Positions 19,594 through 29,627 of a DNA stretch of 64,000 nucleotides are shown here, piece after piece. The notes below the pieces were generated by a model, which searched no databases, was not told where the DNA came from, and was given only the letters and a program-made list of their open reading frames with translations. The stretch lies in the IMG/VR virus record IMGVR_UViG_3300005670_000019; one strand, written 5' to 3'. A program made the translations under genes and the position numbers. Origin of the DNA: a virus. Taxonomy: Duplodnaviria > Caudoviricetes. Each line of letters begins with the position of its first letter. The stretch's first letter is position 1.

Positions 19594-20283
19594 TTATCTT
19601 ACGCGCTTTCTGAGAGCGTTTAGGGCAGCTCCAAGCTGTTCTGAGTGATACTCCACAGCGCCTCGAATATTTTCAGTCCCAGGTGTACCCGAAAGAGCCG
19701 TTTCAAGTTGACGGCTCTTTTCTAGTATTGAGCTTACCTGTGGAAGTAGCTCTTGAAGAAGTTGTTTAGCTTCATCTGTTCTATCGTAGTCTTCACAAAG
19801 CTCGTCTTCTTCTCGAAGGTCTTTCTTGATGGCAGCTCTTTTTCTTTGAGCATCCATTCTCATTTTCTTTTCCTTCTGTCTTTGAAGAGCTGCGTTTAAT
19901 TCGTCTTTTGAAAGTGCAGAGCTGTCCGGGGCAAATAAAGGATGACTGTCATGCCTTCCGCGGTCTTCATTTTGAAGTTCTGCTTCAACAATACTTTCAA
20001 CAAGTTTCTTCAATTCTTTTTTCGTCATACGTCTTTCCTCTATTTTTGAAAGCCTGGAATAATAATCCGGAAGTTCTTTTAGATGAGCAAGAGCTATTCT
20101 TGCTGTTTTTTCCAAATCATTACCTGTTACGTTTGTTTGAGGTCCAAGTTCTGTTCCATGTTCAAGTTCAACCTTGATGCCTTTTCTGAACTGTTCAAGG
20201 TCGACTTCATTCCAATCAACTCCAATAGCATCTCCAATTTTTCTTGCGGCTGATGCACTTATTGATTTCGGAACCTTCATCAT
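19594..20283 (-). CDS. DUF5661-like domain plus internal MTKKELKKLVE module
   Basis: QFRKGIKVELEH..IALAHLKELPDYYSRL; internal ATG 20028 with GAGG. Confidence 0.7.
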   Translation of the reverse strand: MMKVPKSISASAARKIGDAIGVDWNEVDLEQFRKGIKVELEHGTELGPQTNVTGNDLEKTARIALAHLKELPDYYSRLSKIEERRMTKKELKKLVESIVEAELQNEDRGRHDSHPLFAPDSSALSKDELNAALQRQKEKKMRMDAQRKRAAIKKDLREEDELCEDYDRTDEAKQLLQELLPQVSSILEKSRQLETALSGTPGTENIRGAVEYHSEQLGAALNALRKRVR

Positions 20284-20528
20284 AACCTATCAATCGTTTG
20301 TTTGAGTTTCTCAGCAACTTTCAAAAGCTTTTCAAGGTCATACCCAGGACTTCCGCCTGAAAGTTCAATCATATCTTGAAGGTTAGCTACAACTCTTTCC
20401 ATATGAGCCTTTGTGCTCTCAACCATGCCAAGATATTCTTCATCAGGAAAGACTTCTCCAAATGGACCAGTTTCTTCTTGAATGATTTGCTCAATGAGAG
20501 CTCCTAGTTTTTTCTTTGAAAGTTTCAT
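20280..20528 (-). CDS. Hypothetical protein with MKLSKKKLGALIEQ leader
   Basis: TACTTA motif upstream; shared leader. Confidence 0.7.
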   Translation of the reverse strand: MKLSKKKLGALIEQIIQEETGPFGEVFPDEEYLGMVESTKAHMERVVANLQDMIELSGGSPGYDLEKLLKVAEKLKQTIDRL

Positions 20529-20550
20529 AATGAATAAGTATAGTCCTCGG

Positions 20551-22359
20551 CTATCGTCTAAGGTAATAGTTGTTCCAAACTTGTTTATTCAAACCAAAAT
20601 CCACAAGAACAAGTTTTTCTTTTCCATTTCTCTTCACAACACCCCAAGAAGAAATTCTTGTAATGTCTCCATGAGTCATATCAAGGTCAGCCATAATTTG
20701 AACAATTGTTTTGAACGATTCATTCTCTGAAAGACTTGGATCAATTGTGCTATTACTTCCCCATCCATGAAGTCTATTGCTAATGACCTTCAAACTATCA
20801 AAGAAGACTTCCATTGGAAACCCAATCAAATTTGGAAAATCAGATGGCTTCGCTTTTCTTGCAAGTTCCATTTCTACCCACAAATTATCTTCATCATGGT
20901 CAAAGACTTTTGCGGTTATGACACCATCGCTATCATATTGGGAAACTTCAATCTCTAGCTCGTTTTGAGCTAAGCCTTTTTTATTTTTAGCTACCTTTAT
21001 AGCTGTTTGATCATCTGCAACAAAAACAACTCTGGAAGATCCAGCTCCAATACGTGCAAGATGTTTCATTGCATATCCAGTTTTCTGCGCATATGAAGGA
21101 AGAGATTTGAGTTTCTCAAGCGAGAAGCCTTCCGGATAGTTTGCTATCTCTTCAATGTCACCTTCACTTAGATCCAACTGCTCGTTGAGTCCATTTCCGA
21201 CAAGTGAAATACTGCTAGCTGGTATTGAATGTTTGATGGCAAGGTTAGCCGGAAGGTTGAACTTTGCTGCCGTCTCCAACTCTTTCGCTGCTGTTGGCTC
21301 TACGCCATCTTCTGGGTCAGAAATCAAGTCAGATAGCCTGACCTTGATAGCAATAACGGCATCAGATCCCTTTTCTTCTGCATACCACTGAGCACTCTCG
21401 GCATAGTTGGTCACATAGAGATATTTTGGGTTGCCTTGTTGAGAACCACGAAAACCAGAATAAGGTTGCCAACCATTTTTCAACATGTTTTCCGCTGATG
21501 AGCGCGTTGTTCCATGATAGACGGTAAGTTCCGGATCGCCGTCTTCTAGTTCTTCAAAAATAAGAGATTTCAACAACATGTTCTTCCCAACACTTTCCTC
21601 TAATTTCTTTTGAAGAATTTTCAGCATCTCATCTCTTTTGTTTTTGAGTTTTTGTCTTTGTTCTTCTATGTCTTTATTTCGAAGGTTATTCAAAATCCTT
21701 TGCATTTCTGGATTTCTATGAGAAACAACTCTGTGAAGATCAGGATGTGCCAATCTCAACATCTTTTCAAAATCAACCTTTTGAAGACTTTCAATCATTT
21801 TTTGAATTTCTTCTTTTGAAAGAAGTTTGATGGACGAAGCAAGTTTTTCTGGTTCTAACTTTAGAATGACATTGGCGTCAAACATTCTTGGAGATGAGGG
21901 TTTCATTCCAATTGTTGGATGATTGAATTGAGGACCTTGAATTTCTTTTTTGTGGTCTGTTCTCTTTCCAATGATCTTTAGATTTTTCATCAAATCTTCT
22001 GGGATGAATGTCTCTTCATCCCAAAAGAAAGCTCCATGCAGGTTCTTGACACCCGCAGCTTGAAGCTCATCAAAACGCTTCCAGTGCCTCTCTACGGCTT
22101 GTTGATAATCTTCCATAGGAAGACTGAGGGTATAAAGAGTTATGGTTTTGAACGAACCCTGGGGGCGTTTGTGATAGGGTAAATCACGTCTTCCTGGGGC
22201 TCTGTCTTTTGAACTTGCCCATCCAACCCAAGAGTTTTGCATTGCTGATGGTTTTGAAGAAACAAAAAGACCCTTCATGCCAAACTTTGGTGAATAACGT
22301 GGACGAAGAACATTCACGTTCTCTGGTGAAGCATGATAAAGGGTCTTTAGCCTTGGCAT
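20551..22359 (-). CDS. Multidomain protein: two ART-like domains plus kinase-like domain
   Basis: LYHAS..GLFVS..EE; VYHGTT..LYVT; IGAGSSRVVF..IK..GD....SWG..LVDFG; modules separated by LEE/IFEE/LNE. Confidence 0.7.
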   Translation of the reverse strand: MPRLKTLYHASPENVNVLRPRYSPKFGMKGLFVSSKPSAMQNSWVGWASSKDRAPGRRDLPYHKRPQGSFKTITLYTLSLPMEDYQQAVERHWKRFDELQAAGVKNLHGAFFWDEETFIPEDLMKNLKIIGKRTDHKKEIQGPQFNHPTIGMKPSSPRMFDANVILKLEPEKLASSIKLLSKEEIQKMIESLQKVDFEKMLRLAHPDLHRVVSHRNPEMQRILNNLRNKDIEEQRQKLKNKRDEMLKILQKKLEESVGKNMLLKSLIFEELEDGDPELTVYHGTTRSSAENMLKNGWQPYSGFRGSQQGNPKYLYVTNYAESAQWYAEEKGSDAVIAIKVRLSDLISDPEDGVEPTAAKELETAAKFNLPANLAIKHSIPASSISLVGNGLNEQLDLSEGDIEEIANYPEGFSLEKLKSLPSYAQKTGYAMKHLARIGAGSSRVVFVADDQTAIKVAKNKKGLAQNELEIEVSQYDSDGVITAKVFDHDEDNLWVEMELARKAKPSDFPNLIGFPMEVFFDSLKVISNRLHGWGSNSTIDPSLSENESFKTIVQIMADLDMTHGDITRISSWGVVKRNGKEKLVLVDFGLNKQVWNNYYLRR

Positions 22360-22377
22360 ATTTTGGTCAAAGTTTGT

Positions 22378-23253
22378 TTAGAGATTTCTTATCTCTTCTT
22401 CAATAAGAGCACCGACAATTTGTCGAATTCTTCTTTCATAAGTGACACCACCCTCAACTTCTTTTGGTTTTGAAAGCGGTTTCTTTACACGAACTTTGCC
22501 CTTCGGAGAAGGAGGAGCATCTGTTACATATTTCCAAATGAACCATGTGATAGCTTGAACTTGTTGTGGTGTCAAACCGACAATGTCTGCAACTTTCTTA
22601 TAGTCCTGAATGACTGCGATGCGTTCTCTCTTTGTTAGACCCTTCAAGTTCTTCAAAGCAGCCTTCTGTCCTCTCCAAACATTGATTGCATGTCCATCAA
22701 GAACAAGATCACGTTGAAGTTGTTGTGGATTTGCAAGAGACTGAAAGAATACCGTAACTTTTGGTCCATTTACAATTGAAAGGTCACCTGTATCCAAAAT
22801 TGCATAAGCTTTATTTACATTGCTCTTATATGCAGGGATCTTATCATAATGTTGGGCTGTTTCATCACCATTCATTCTCTTCCAATTTGAGATTGTACGG
22901 TCTGCTGCCATCAAGTTCATCTTCCAACCAAGGTTAGGAGAAAGAACAGCACAAACACCAGCACAAACCTCAACAGGAATATCCCATTTCTGTGCAAGTT
23001 GCTTCACATGATTGTGAGCATGTTCATACCAGTTTCCCCAATAGTCAATCTCTGCTTTTGTTGCTTTCTTCAAGACAGCAAGGATGTTGTGATATCCTTC
23101 ATTCTTGTGAAGATTGAGAGACTGAGAGTGGATCTTCTCTCTCTTTGGTTCATTCATGACATAATCGATGCTGCTTACATCAACATCTTCTTGTTCGTTC
23201 AAGAATGGAAGTTTGTGAAACAGGAAATTTTGTAGTTGTTCAAAGATATTCAT
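22378..23253 (-). CDS. DUF7178-like protein, possible helical DNA glycosylase-like fold
   Basis: WY..A..AVLSP..W..N, GPKV..F, LDGHA and QAITW motifs. Confidence 0.6.
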   Translation of the reverse strand: MNIFEQLQNFLFHKLPFLNEQEDVDVSSIDYVMNEPKREKIHSQSLNLHKNEGYHNILAVLKKATKAEIDYWGNWYEHAHNHVKQLAQKWDIPVEVCAGVCAVLSPNLGWKMNLMAADRTISNWKRMNGDETAQHYDKIPAYKSNVNKAYAILDTGDLSIVNGPKVTVFFQSLANPQQLQRDLVLDGHAINVWRGQKAALKNLKGLTKRERIAVIQDYKKVADIVGLTPQQVQAITWFIWKYVTDAPPSPKGKVRVKKPLSKPKEVEGGVTYERRIRQIVGALIEEEIRNL

Positions 23254-23311
23254 ATTTTATTGATCTCTAGGCAATAAATAGTGTTTGTTATTTTGTTGTC
23301 AAACACTAATA

Positions 23312-23647
23312 TCAAATTTGAATGTATAAACTACAAAATTCGGCTGGAATTGGAATTTTTGACCAAAATTCATGAGGACAGATTACAGGTTTTCCTGTTG
23401 CCCATGATATTTTTGCACCAATCTCTTCTTTGAAACTGCTTACGTCTACAGCAATCACTTTTGGTTGATGTTGTTCTATCCACCTTGTTCCACATTGAGT
23501 TTCCAAGATGAATTTGGGATTGTCTGTCAACCAAACTACAGGCTTCGGGTTTATTGTAGTTATTCCTTTTGTCTTACATGGAATAAGACCTTCATTTAGA
23601 ATGTTTTCAACTGTACATGCCTTGGCAACATGATAAAGGTATATCAT
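23312..23647 (-). CDS. Small ART-fold (Tpt1/KptA NAD-binding-like) protein
   Basis: LYHV..ILNEGLIP..VWLT..IP.E. Confidence 0.6.
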   Translation of the reverse strand: MIYLYHVAKACTVENILNEGLIPCKTKGITTINPKPVVWLTDNPKFILETQCGTRWIEQHQPKVIAVDVSSFKEEIGAKISWATGKPVICPHEFWSKIPIPAEFCSLYIQI

Positions 23648-23730
23648 AATTTCATTGTCTTTACCTTTCTAGTTAGAAAGCATCGATAAGGGAAAAGTGT
23701 ATAACCCATGTCAAGTGGAGAAGACAAGAA

Positions 23731-23756
23731 AAAGAGGGCGATTTCTCGCCCTCTTT
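23731..23756 (-). terminator. Intrinsic terminator after the major capsid gene
   Basis: AAAGAGGGCGA-N4-TCGCCCTCTTT stem with T tract. Confidence 0.85.
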
Positions 23757-23782
23757 CTTAGTTTAGTAGACTATAAGGTCCG

Positions 23783-25690
23783 TCAGATGATTCCCATATC
23801 AAGAACCGTAACGGTTGCGTAGAAGTCCGAACGAACCATCTTCTTACCGTAACGTGTCATGATACCCTTACGAGGCGTGAAATCCTCCTGTGCGTAGATC
23901 ACAGGTGTAAGGATAAGAGGAATGTATGGAGCGTAGATATAACCACTCTCAAGGAAAGTGTTACCCTTCAATCCGATAAGAATCTTGTTCGCTGGGAAGT
24001 AAGGATCCTTATAGACTGTGTAGCGGCTGTTAAGTTGACCTGCTGGCTCTGCACCAACTGTCATTCCATCACGAACCTGTCCATCGCTATCGATCTTGTA
24101 CTGAGGCTTGTAAGCAACCATGTGCTCAAAGATTGTGCAGACCTGTGGTGAGGTCACAATGAAGTTACCTGAACCACGGAGCGTCTTTGTGTGAATGGTG
24201 TTTGCAGCGTCAGAGATTGTCTCGACAAGTGTCTGGTACCACTGTTGAACGTCAGCGTAGACCATTGGTCCTGGGCTGAGGGTGTTGTTCTGAAGAGCTT
24301 CACCACCAGTGTACTTGTTGACCAAACGTCCTGGAGCACGGCTCCAGAAGAGGTTTGCAGCGTTTGCCTGCGTAAGAAGGTCATTCAAGATTTCACGGTC
24401 GATTTCCAACGTGATCATTTCGCTGAGGATGTTGGTCAACTCAACTTCAATGTCAATGTTGTAGAAAGCCGTAAGGTCTTGAGCCATTTCTGGCGACCAC
24501 TTAGCACGAAGCTTACGGGTCTTTGCAGTCACAGAGGTTGACTCAATCTTGATATCAACATCTGGAATCTTTGGTGATGGCTCATCAACAGCGAAGTTAG
24601 ACTCGAACGATGGGATCGTAAGAGTTGCACCGTCGTTGTTTACTGAGAGTGCGTCTGTGATAACAGCCGAACCAGTTACGAACTCACCCGATGGAACTGC
24701 ACCAGTGTTGCTCAAACGAACAACGAACTGAATGTGGCTTCCGTTGAATGGATCTGGAACGAAGGTTCCGTTTACAGGATCGAAGTTACCGCGCTTGTTC
24801 AACTTACGAAGGTTGAGAACGCCTGCTCCGCCTTGGTAGTTTTCACCCCATGCGACAGCGCCTCCTGGCGTTGGTTGACCTGCGGTTGCAGCGAAACGTG
24901 AAAGAACGATTTGGTCAAGAGCAGAGCTGTCGAAACCGCCAACTGCTGAGGTCCAAAGAGAAGCTGAAACGTGAACGAAAGCGTAGTCAAGGACTGCGGT
25001 TTCAACGTCACGCTCAACATTCGAATCGTAATCTACGAAACGTGCATTGAAGCCTGTGAAATCTGCTGAAGAACCAACGGTTGCAGCAGGGGTCCAAGTT
25101 GAACCTGAAACCCAAGCACCGATGGAGTTTGAAAGAACAGCTACAACACCTGTCTTATGAACACGGCTGTATCCTGTACCAACGTTGTCATACATACCAC
25201 CTGTTGCAAGTGAACCGGAGCGAACTCCTGCGCCTGCTGGGTTGTTGTAGACTGATTGACCACGAGCGTATCCGTAGACTCCGCCTGTTCCGGAAAGGTC
25301 AACACCAGCGTCGCCACCAACGTTGTTTCCGTATGTGTAATCAAGATAGAACAAAAGTCCTGATGGAAGGCTCATTGGCTGAACGCTAACGACCTCATTT
25401 GCAATCAATCCTGCGAATACTCGACGGACGATTGGGAATGCGACGTTAGAGAAACCAACAACCTGACCACTTGAAACAAGACTTGCTCCACCCGTTGAAA
25501 GGGAGTTTGCTTCGCGAAGAAGCTCTGCTGTCTGGTTCTCAAGAAGGATAGCAAGGTTGTCTCGCTTCAAACCACGAAGACCCTCAAGCAAGCCATGCTC
25601 TTTCCATTTCTTTACAAGACGAGGTGCATCTGCTGCAACCTTCGATCTGTGAAGATTTTCCGCTAACTGCGATAGTGTAAATTTACTCAT
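23783..25690 (-). CDS. Major capsid protein (gp23-like)
   Basis: LLENQ, VSVQPM.LPSGLLFYLD, TRKLRAKWS.E.AQDL, EIDREI, YAPY and TRYG motifs. Confidence 0.96.
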   Translation of the reverse strand: MSKFTLSQLAENLHRSKVAADAPRLVKKWKEHGLLEGLRGLKRDNLAILLENQTAELLREANSLSTGGASLVSSGQVVGFSNVAFPIVRRVFAGLIANEVVSVQPMSLPSGLLFYLDYTYGNNVGGDAGVDLSGTGGVYGYARGQSVYNNPAGAGVRSGSLATGGMYDNVGTGYSRVHKTGVVAVLSNSIGAWVSGSTWTPAATVGSSADFTGFNARFVDYDSNVERDVETAVLDYAFVHVSASLWTSAVGGFDSSALDQIVLSRFAATAGQPTPGGAVAWGENYQGGAGVLNLRKLNKRGNFDPVNGTFVPDPFNGSHIQFVVRLSNTGAVPSGEFVTGSAVITDALSVNNDGATLTIPSFESNFAVDEPSPKIPDVDIKIESTSVTAKTRKLRAKWSPEMAQDLTAFYNIDIEVELTNILSEMITLEIDREILNDLLTQANAANLFWSRAPGRLVNKYTGGEALQNNTLSPGPMVYADVQQWYQTLVETISDAANTIHTKTLRGSGNFIVTSPQVCTIFEHMVAYKPQYKIDSDGQVRDGMTVGAEPAGQLNSRYTVYKDPYFPANKILIGLKGNTFLESGYIYAPYIPLILTPVIYAQEDFTPRKGIMTRYGKKMVRSDFYATVTVLDMGII

Positions 25691-25724
25691 ATTTCACCTT
25701 TGTAACTTATCAACCAAATTTTAT

Positions 25725-27917
25725 TCAGTCGGCATCCTTTTTCTTAATTCCTGAAAGGACCTGCCAACGTTCGAAGGAACCAATTGCTGGTTCATACGAG
25801 CTTTCGCGGAGGGCTGCCGATGGAGATCCCGACTTGGTTGTCGCAGATGTAGAACCTGGCATTTTCTGTCCTTTGCTTGCCTTCTCGTTAAGAACCTTCT
25901 CAACTTTAAGATAAACATCTTTTGCTTCGGCGAGAGATTTTGCGTTATCCAAGAACTCTGCGATCTTAATCTTTTGAGTTTTTGTAACATCCTCACGAGC
26001 GAACAAACGGTTTGCATATACAAGCTTAGCCGTTGTTAGTCTTTCTTCTTGTAGCTTCTTCTCAAGATTCTTCTTCTCAAGAAGTGCTTTTTGAACCATC
26101 TTCTTAGCTTGTTCGCTAACTACTGGTTTACGAACTGGTGCTGGAGCTGGTTTGCGTGCTTGTGGCTTTGAAGGAGCCTTCTTTGAGGTCTTTGACTCTT
26201 GAAGTTTCTTAAGTTGTGAAACAACCTTACGACGGATGGACTCAACCAACTCATCATCAAGGAGCATTTCCTCACCCTCGTCACCAAGGTCTGAACCACC
26301 AAGTTCATCTCCACCAAGCTCTGAATCAAGGTCATCTCCACCAAAATCATCTGATGCACCAAGACCCTCGGCGTCATCAACAACCTCAAGCTCTTCATCG
26401 TCGCCAAGGTCAGACAGGTCAAGATCCATTCCATTTACTGTAAGAAGGAATTCGTCCTCGCCTTCCATATCAGAATCCATGTCGTGATCAATGTCAATAG
26501 CAAGGTCACCCTCACCCATGTCACTGTACTCACCAAGATCCATGTCTTCTGCCATAGCCATTTTCTTCTTGTCGGTATTTCCGATCTTTGCTCCGCCCTC
26601 TTCCCACTCAAGGTCAAGTGCGTGACCGCCTTCATCAGCTTCTTTCAAAGCCTTCTTGAGACGTGCAATATTTTCTTTCTTTAGACGACGGAAGACTTCA
26701 CGAAGCTCTTCTTCTTCAACTTCGAACTCCTCGGACTCGGCAACAGTCTTTGCAGCAAGAGACTTTGATTTGTCGTGTACATCTTTTGAAGCAGTCTCAG
26801 CACCGGAAGCTTCTGAACCATCACCGAATGGTGAGCCAGCATCTTCAAGATCACTGTTTGTGCTTTCTTCTTTCATAAGATCAACATCGTCTGCACCATC
26901 TACTGATTGTGCGTGTGAAGTTGCCTTGTCATCTGTTGGTACTCCTGTATCACCTGTTGAATCGGAGTCTTGCGCGAGGTTCTCTTCCTCGAACAATTTT
27001 GCTGCCATTTCTTTAAGAGTTGCCATCGTTGTCTTACCCTTTTCTTCTCCATAACTATTGCTGGATTTTGCTTCTTTCAATTTCAAATTGAGAAATTCTA
27101 ACTTATTCTCTTCATTTTTTTGTTTTTTGGCATTAATTTCACCCGTTTCTCGAAGATAATCGAGTGTTTCTACCAAAGAGAATAATTGATTTTTCAAACT
27201 ATCAAACACAATTCTTGGAGTATTTTTTCTAAAGAAAGCTCTGTCAATTTTGTTTGATACTTCGGAAAGCTTTGTTTTATAGCCTTCATAAGTACGTGTT
27301 TCTGGAAGTGTTGGCTCTGTTTGTTCTGCCTCAACACCTGCAAGTGCATCAAGAGATGTGTCAAGACCGGCTTCTGCTCCAGGCTCTTGTCCTGCTGCTG
27401 CATTTACGTCTTGACTCTCTGGTGTGTTTGTTGATGGCAATGCTGGTTGTTCTGCTGGAGCACCAACATCCAATGAGGATGCATCAACTGAAGATGGAAG
27501 AGCTTCTGGATCGTTGTCATCTGTTTGAACAAACAATTGATCAAAATCAACAACAATCTTTCCGTCTTCATCTGGAAGTTGAAGTCCTGCAATATCATTT
27601 TGCGGTTGTACTGGGGCTGGTGAAGCATCTCCACCCATTGAAGCTGGTGTCGTTTCAACCGAAGCTGCATTCATATCTGCTCCAGTGTTTCCAGCATCAA
27701 GTCCTGTATCAAGACCAAGATCCCCTGTACCGTCTTCAGTTTCATCAAACTGAAGTTCTTCCTGCTCAAGGAGTGTCTTTCCAGAAGAAATCTCTGCTGA
27801 AATTGCTCTTCGAATTACAGGAGTAATCTGTTCCAAGATTTTATTTCTTGCTTCCTGAACAGCCAATTCTCTAATTTTGTTGGCATCTGCCAACGCTTCA
27901 TCATATAGTTTACTCAT
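25725..27917 (-). CDS. Prohead scaffold/core protein
   Basis: Acidic low-complexity 730 aa directly upstream of capsid; AKLVYAN..; many LxE sites. Confidence 0.78.
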   Translation of the reverse strand: MSKLYDEALADANKIRELAVQEARNKILEQITPVIRRAISAEISSGKTLLEQEELQFDETEDGTGDLGLDTGLDAGNTGADMNAASVETTPASMGGDASPAPVQPQNDIAGLQLPDEDGKIVVDFDQLFVQTDDNDPEALPSSVDASSLDVGAPAEQPALPSTNTPESQDVNAAAGQEPGAEAGLDTSLDALAGVEAEQTEPTLPETRTYEGYKTKLSEVSNKIDRAFFRKNTPRIVFDSLKNQLFSLVETLDYLRETGEINAKKQKNEENKLEFLNLKLKEAKSSNSYGEEKGKTTMATLKEMAAKLFEEENLAQDSDSTGDTGVPTDDKATSHAQSVDGADDVDLMKEESTNSDLEDAGSPFGDGSEASGAETASKDVHDKSKSLAAKTVAESEEFEVEEEELREVFRRLKKENIARLKKALKEADEGGHALDLEWEEGGAKIGNTDKKKMAMAEDMDLGEYSDMGEGDLAIDIDHDMDSDMEGEDEFLLTVNGMDLDLSDLGDDEELEVVDDAEGLGASDDFGGDDLDSELGGDELGGSDLGDEGEEMLLDDELVESIRRKVVSQLKKLQESKTSKKAPSKPQARKPAPAPVRKPVVSEQAKKMVQKALLEKKNLEKKLQEERLTTAKLVYANRLFAREDVTKTQKIKIAEFLDNAKSLAEAKDVYLKVEKVLNEKASKGQKMPGSTSATTKSGSPSAALRESSYEPAIGSFERWQVLSGIKKKDAD

Positions 27918-27924
27918 GTTCTAA

Positions 27925-28440
27925 TCACTCGCTGCTTGAACGTCCGTAAATCAATCTGCCAATCTTTTGGCTACTAATTTTCTCTGCTGTATCTTTTGGA
28001 ACAGCGAACCCATCAGTGTTTGCGCCTGGAGGAGTATTGAATGCTCCGCCACCACCGCGCTTACGTTGAGTTGCTTCAACACCTGCTGCTGGAATGTTTG
28101 CTGGGTTGTGTGGATCCTCAGCTGCCACTGCAATGTTAGGAGCATAAGGACTTCCCGGAAGACCTCCGCCACCAACTTCAACATCTGCAAAATCAGGAGC
28201 ACCATCAGGGTTACTTGTAGAAGGACCGTAATCCAAATTTACTGTACCAAACGTATGTCCCTCATCACTAATTGTTCCATCTTGGAAGCTTTGTGCCAAA
28301 GCAGTAACTTGGGCGTCTTTGTATTCACCAGAATACACAGGAGAGCCTGGATAGAGAATTTGCATATCTCTTGTATCACTGGATCCCATTCCGAATGTTC
28401 TTACTGGTGGTTCGACTTTGATTTGTTTGTGTGAAGGCAT
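27925..28440 (-). CDS. Hypothetical head-module protein
   Basis: Gly/Pro-rich 171 aa; AAGGAG RBS and TATTTA upstream. Confidence 0.75.
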   Translation of the reverse strand: MPSHKQIKVEPPVRTFGMGSSDTRDMQILYPGSPVYSGEYKDAQVTALAQSFQDGTISDEGHTFGTVNLDYGPSTSNPDGAPDFADVEVGGGGLPGSPYAPNIAVAAEDPHNPANIPAAGVEATQRKRGGGGAFNTPPGANTDGFAVPKDTAEKISSQKIGRLIYGRSSSE

Positions 28441-28485
28441 TGAATAGCTCCTTAGCTTTTTCTAAATATACGTTCAAAATCAAAA

Positions 28486-28986
28486 TCAACGAGGTCTTTG
28501 AGACTTAGAGAATGCAAGCTCTGCCCAACGAGAAGCAAACTGTCCTTCTTGACGAGGAGGAGCAACTGGCGTTGGCATTTCTTGTTGTTCTTGAAGCATG
28601 TGAGGCTGTTGATAGTTTTCTTGATAACTTTGGTGCATTCCTTGTTGAAGAACGCCCATGTGTTGAGCGTGCCTATCTCCCAAAACGTGAGGATGGTTTG
28701 CAGCCGTGTCTGAAAATATTTCGTAGAGAGCACTCATTTGATTTGGATTGCCTTTTGCCATATTCGAAGCCAATGTTGAAATAGCTCCTGCGGCTGGGTG
28801 TCCGTGCATCATTTGGTTATAGTGAGGCTGCGGGAAACCGTTTTGTGGAGGCATTATTTGAGGATTAGAAGGCATTGAAACTTGCTTCATGCTTTCCATC
28901 ATCATTTGTTGAAAATGACCTTCTTGAATTAATTCTTTCAAACACTCTTTGATTAGTGATTTGAATTGCTTACCTGACATTTTCAT
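28486..28986 (-). CDS. Hypothetical protein with MKMSGKQFKSLIKECLKE leader
   Basis: ATGA overlap with the protease gene; Q/M/P rich. Confidence 0.75.
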   Translation of the reverse strand: MKMSGKQFKSLIKECLKELIQEGHFQQMMMESMKQVSMPSNPQIMPPQNGFPQPHYNQMMHGHPAAGAISTLASNMAKGNPNQMSALYEIFSDTAANHPHVLGDRHAQHMGVLQQGMHQSYQENYQQPHMLQEQQEMPTPVAPPRQEGQFASRWAELAFSKSQRPR

Positions 28987-29627
28987 TTTTTATTACCCTT
29001 TTTGATCTGTTCGTGAAAGTCGAGAACTTCATTTGCTACACGATCAATCATGTCACTCTTTTTGAAGAAACCTTGAAGTGAGCTAACATCAACTTCCTTT
29101 CCTTCTTTAAACATGAAGGCGCCCGGAGTGGAAGGTTCAGAGACAAAATCCCAACAAATAAGTTGAAGGTCGTCTTGAACAACATTTACATCTCCATGTC
29201 GTTCGACAGAGCCCAATGCACGAGAAGAAATTCCGACCTTGATGTCATTCTCAAACAGAACCTTCAATTGTCTTCCTTGGTCCATGTTTTCAAGAATTTC
29301 AACTTCACCATAAACAACATCGTCTTCCCACCAAACATCTGTAATGACGTGAGAAACAAACTTTAGGTTTACAGTTGGTTCGTCTGCATGATCAAGTTCT
29401 CCTGTTGCTCGGCGTTCATCGATTAGTTTCTTATAGTTTGAAACTTCGCGCCTAAGAACATCAAGTGGATAAACTCGTCCATTTGCATTTTGAGTATTTG
29501 CTCTTTGAAGGACTCCACGTACAAGCATGTTTCCGTATTTTGAACGACGAACCTTTTTTTGTCCTTCGGTTTCGTCATACAACTTCTCATATTCAAACTC
29601 AGCAAACTCTTTTAGAAATTTAGCCAT
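28983..29627 (-). CDS. Prohead protease (gp21-like)
   Basis: NANGRVYP, GELDH, VSH, GISSRALGS and DFVSEPSTPGA motifs. Confidence 0.93.
   Translation of the reverse strand: MAKFLKEFAEFEYEKLYDETEGQKKVRRSKYGNMLVRGVLQRANTQNANGRVYPLDVLRREVSNYKKLIDERRATGELDHADEPTVNLKFVSHVITDVWWEDDVVYGEVEILENMDQGRQLKVLFENDIKVGISSRALGSVERHGDVNVVQDDLQLICWDFVSEPSTPGAFMFKEGKEVDVSSLQGFFKKSDMIDRVANEVLDFHEQIKKGNKK

Noticed and set aside
23312-23647. Full Tpt1 2'-phosphotransferase
   Set aside because: Lacks the N-terminal RNA-binding lobe and the catalytic Arg-His; kept only as ART-fold.
26216-27826. Low-complexity D/E/G repeats in the scaffold region
   Set aside because: Explained by the acidic scaffold coding sequence; not a separate repeat element.
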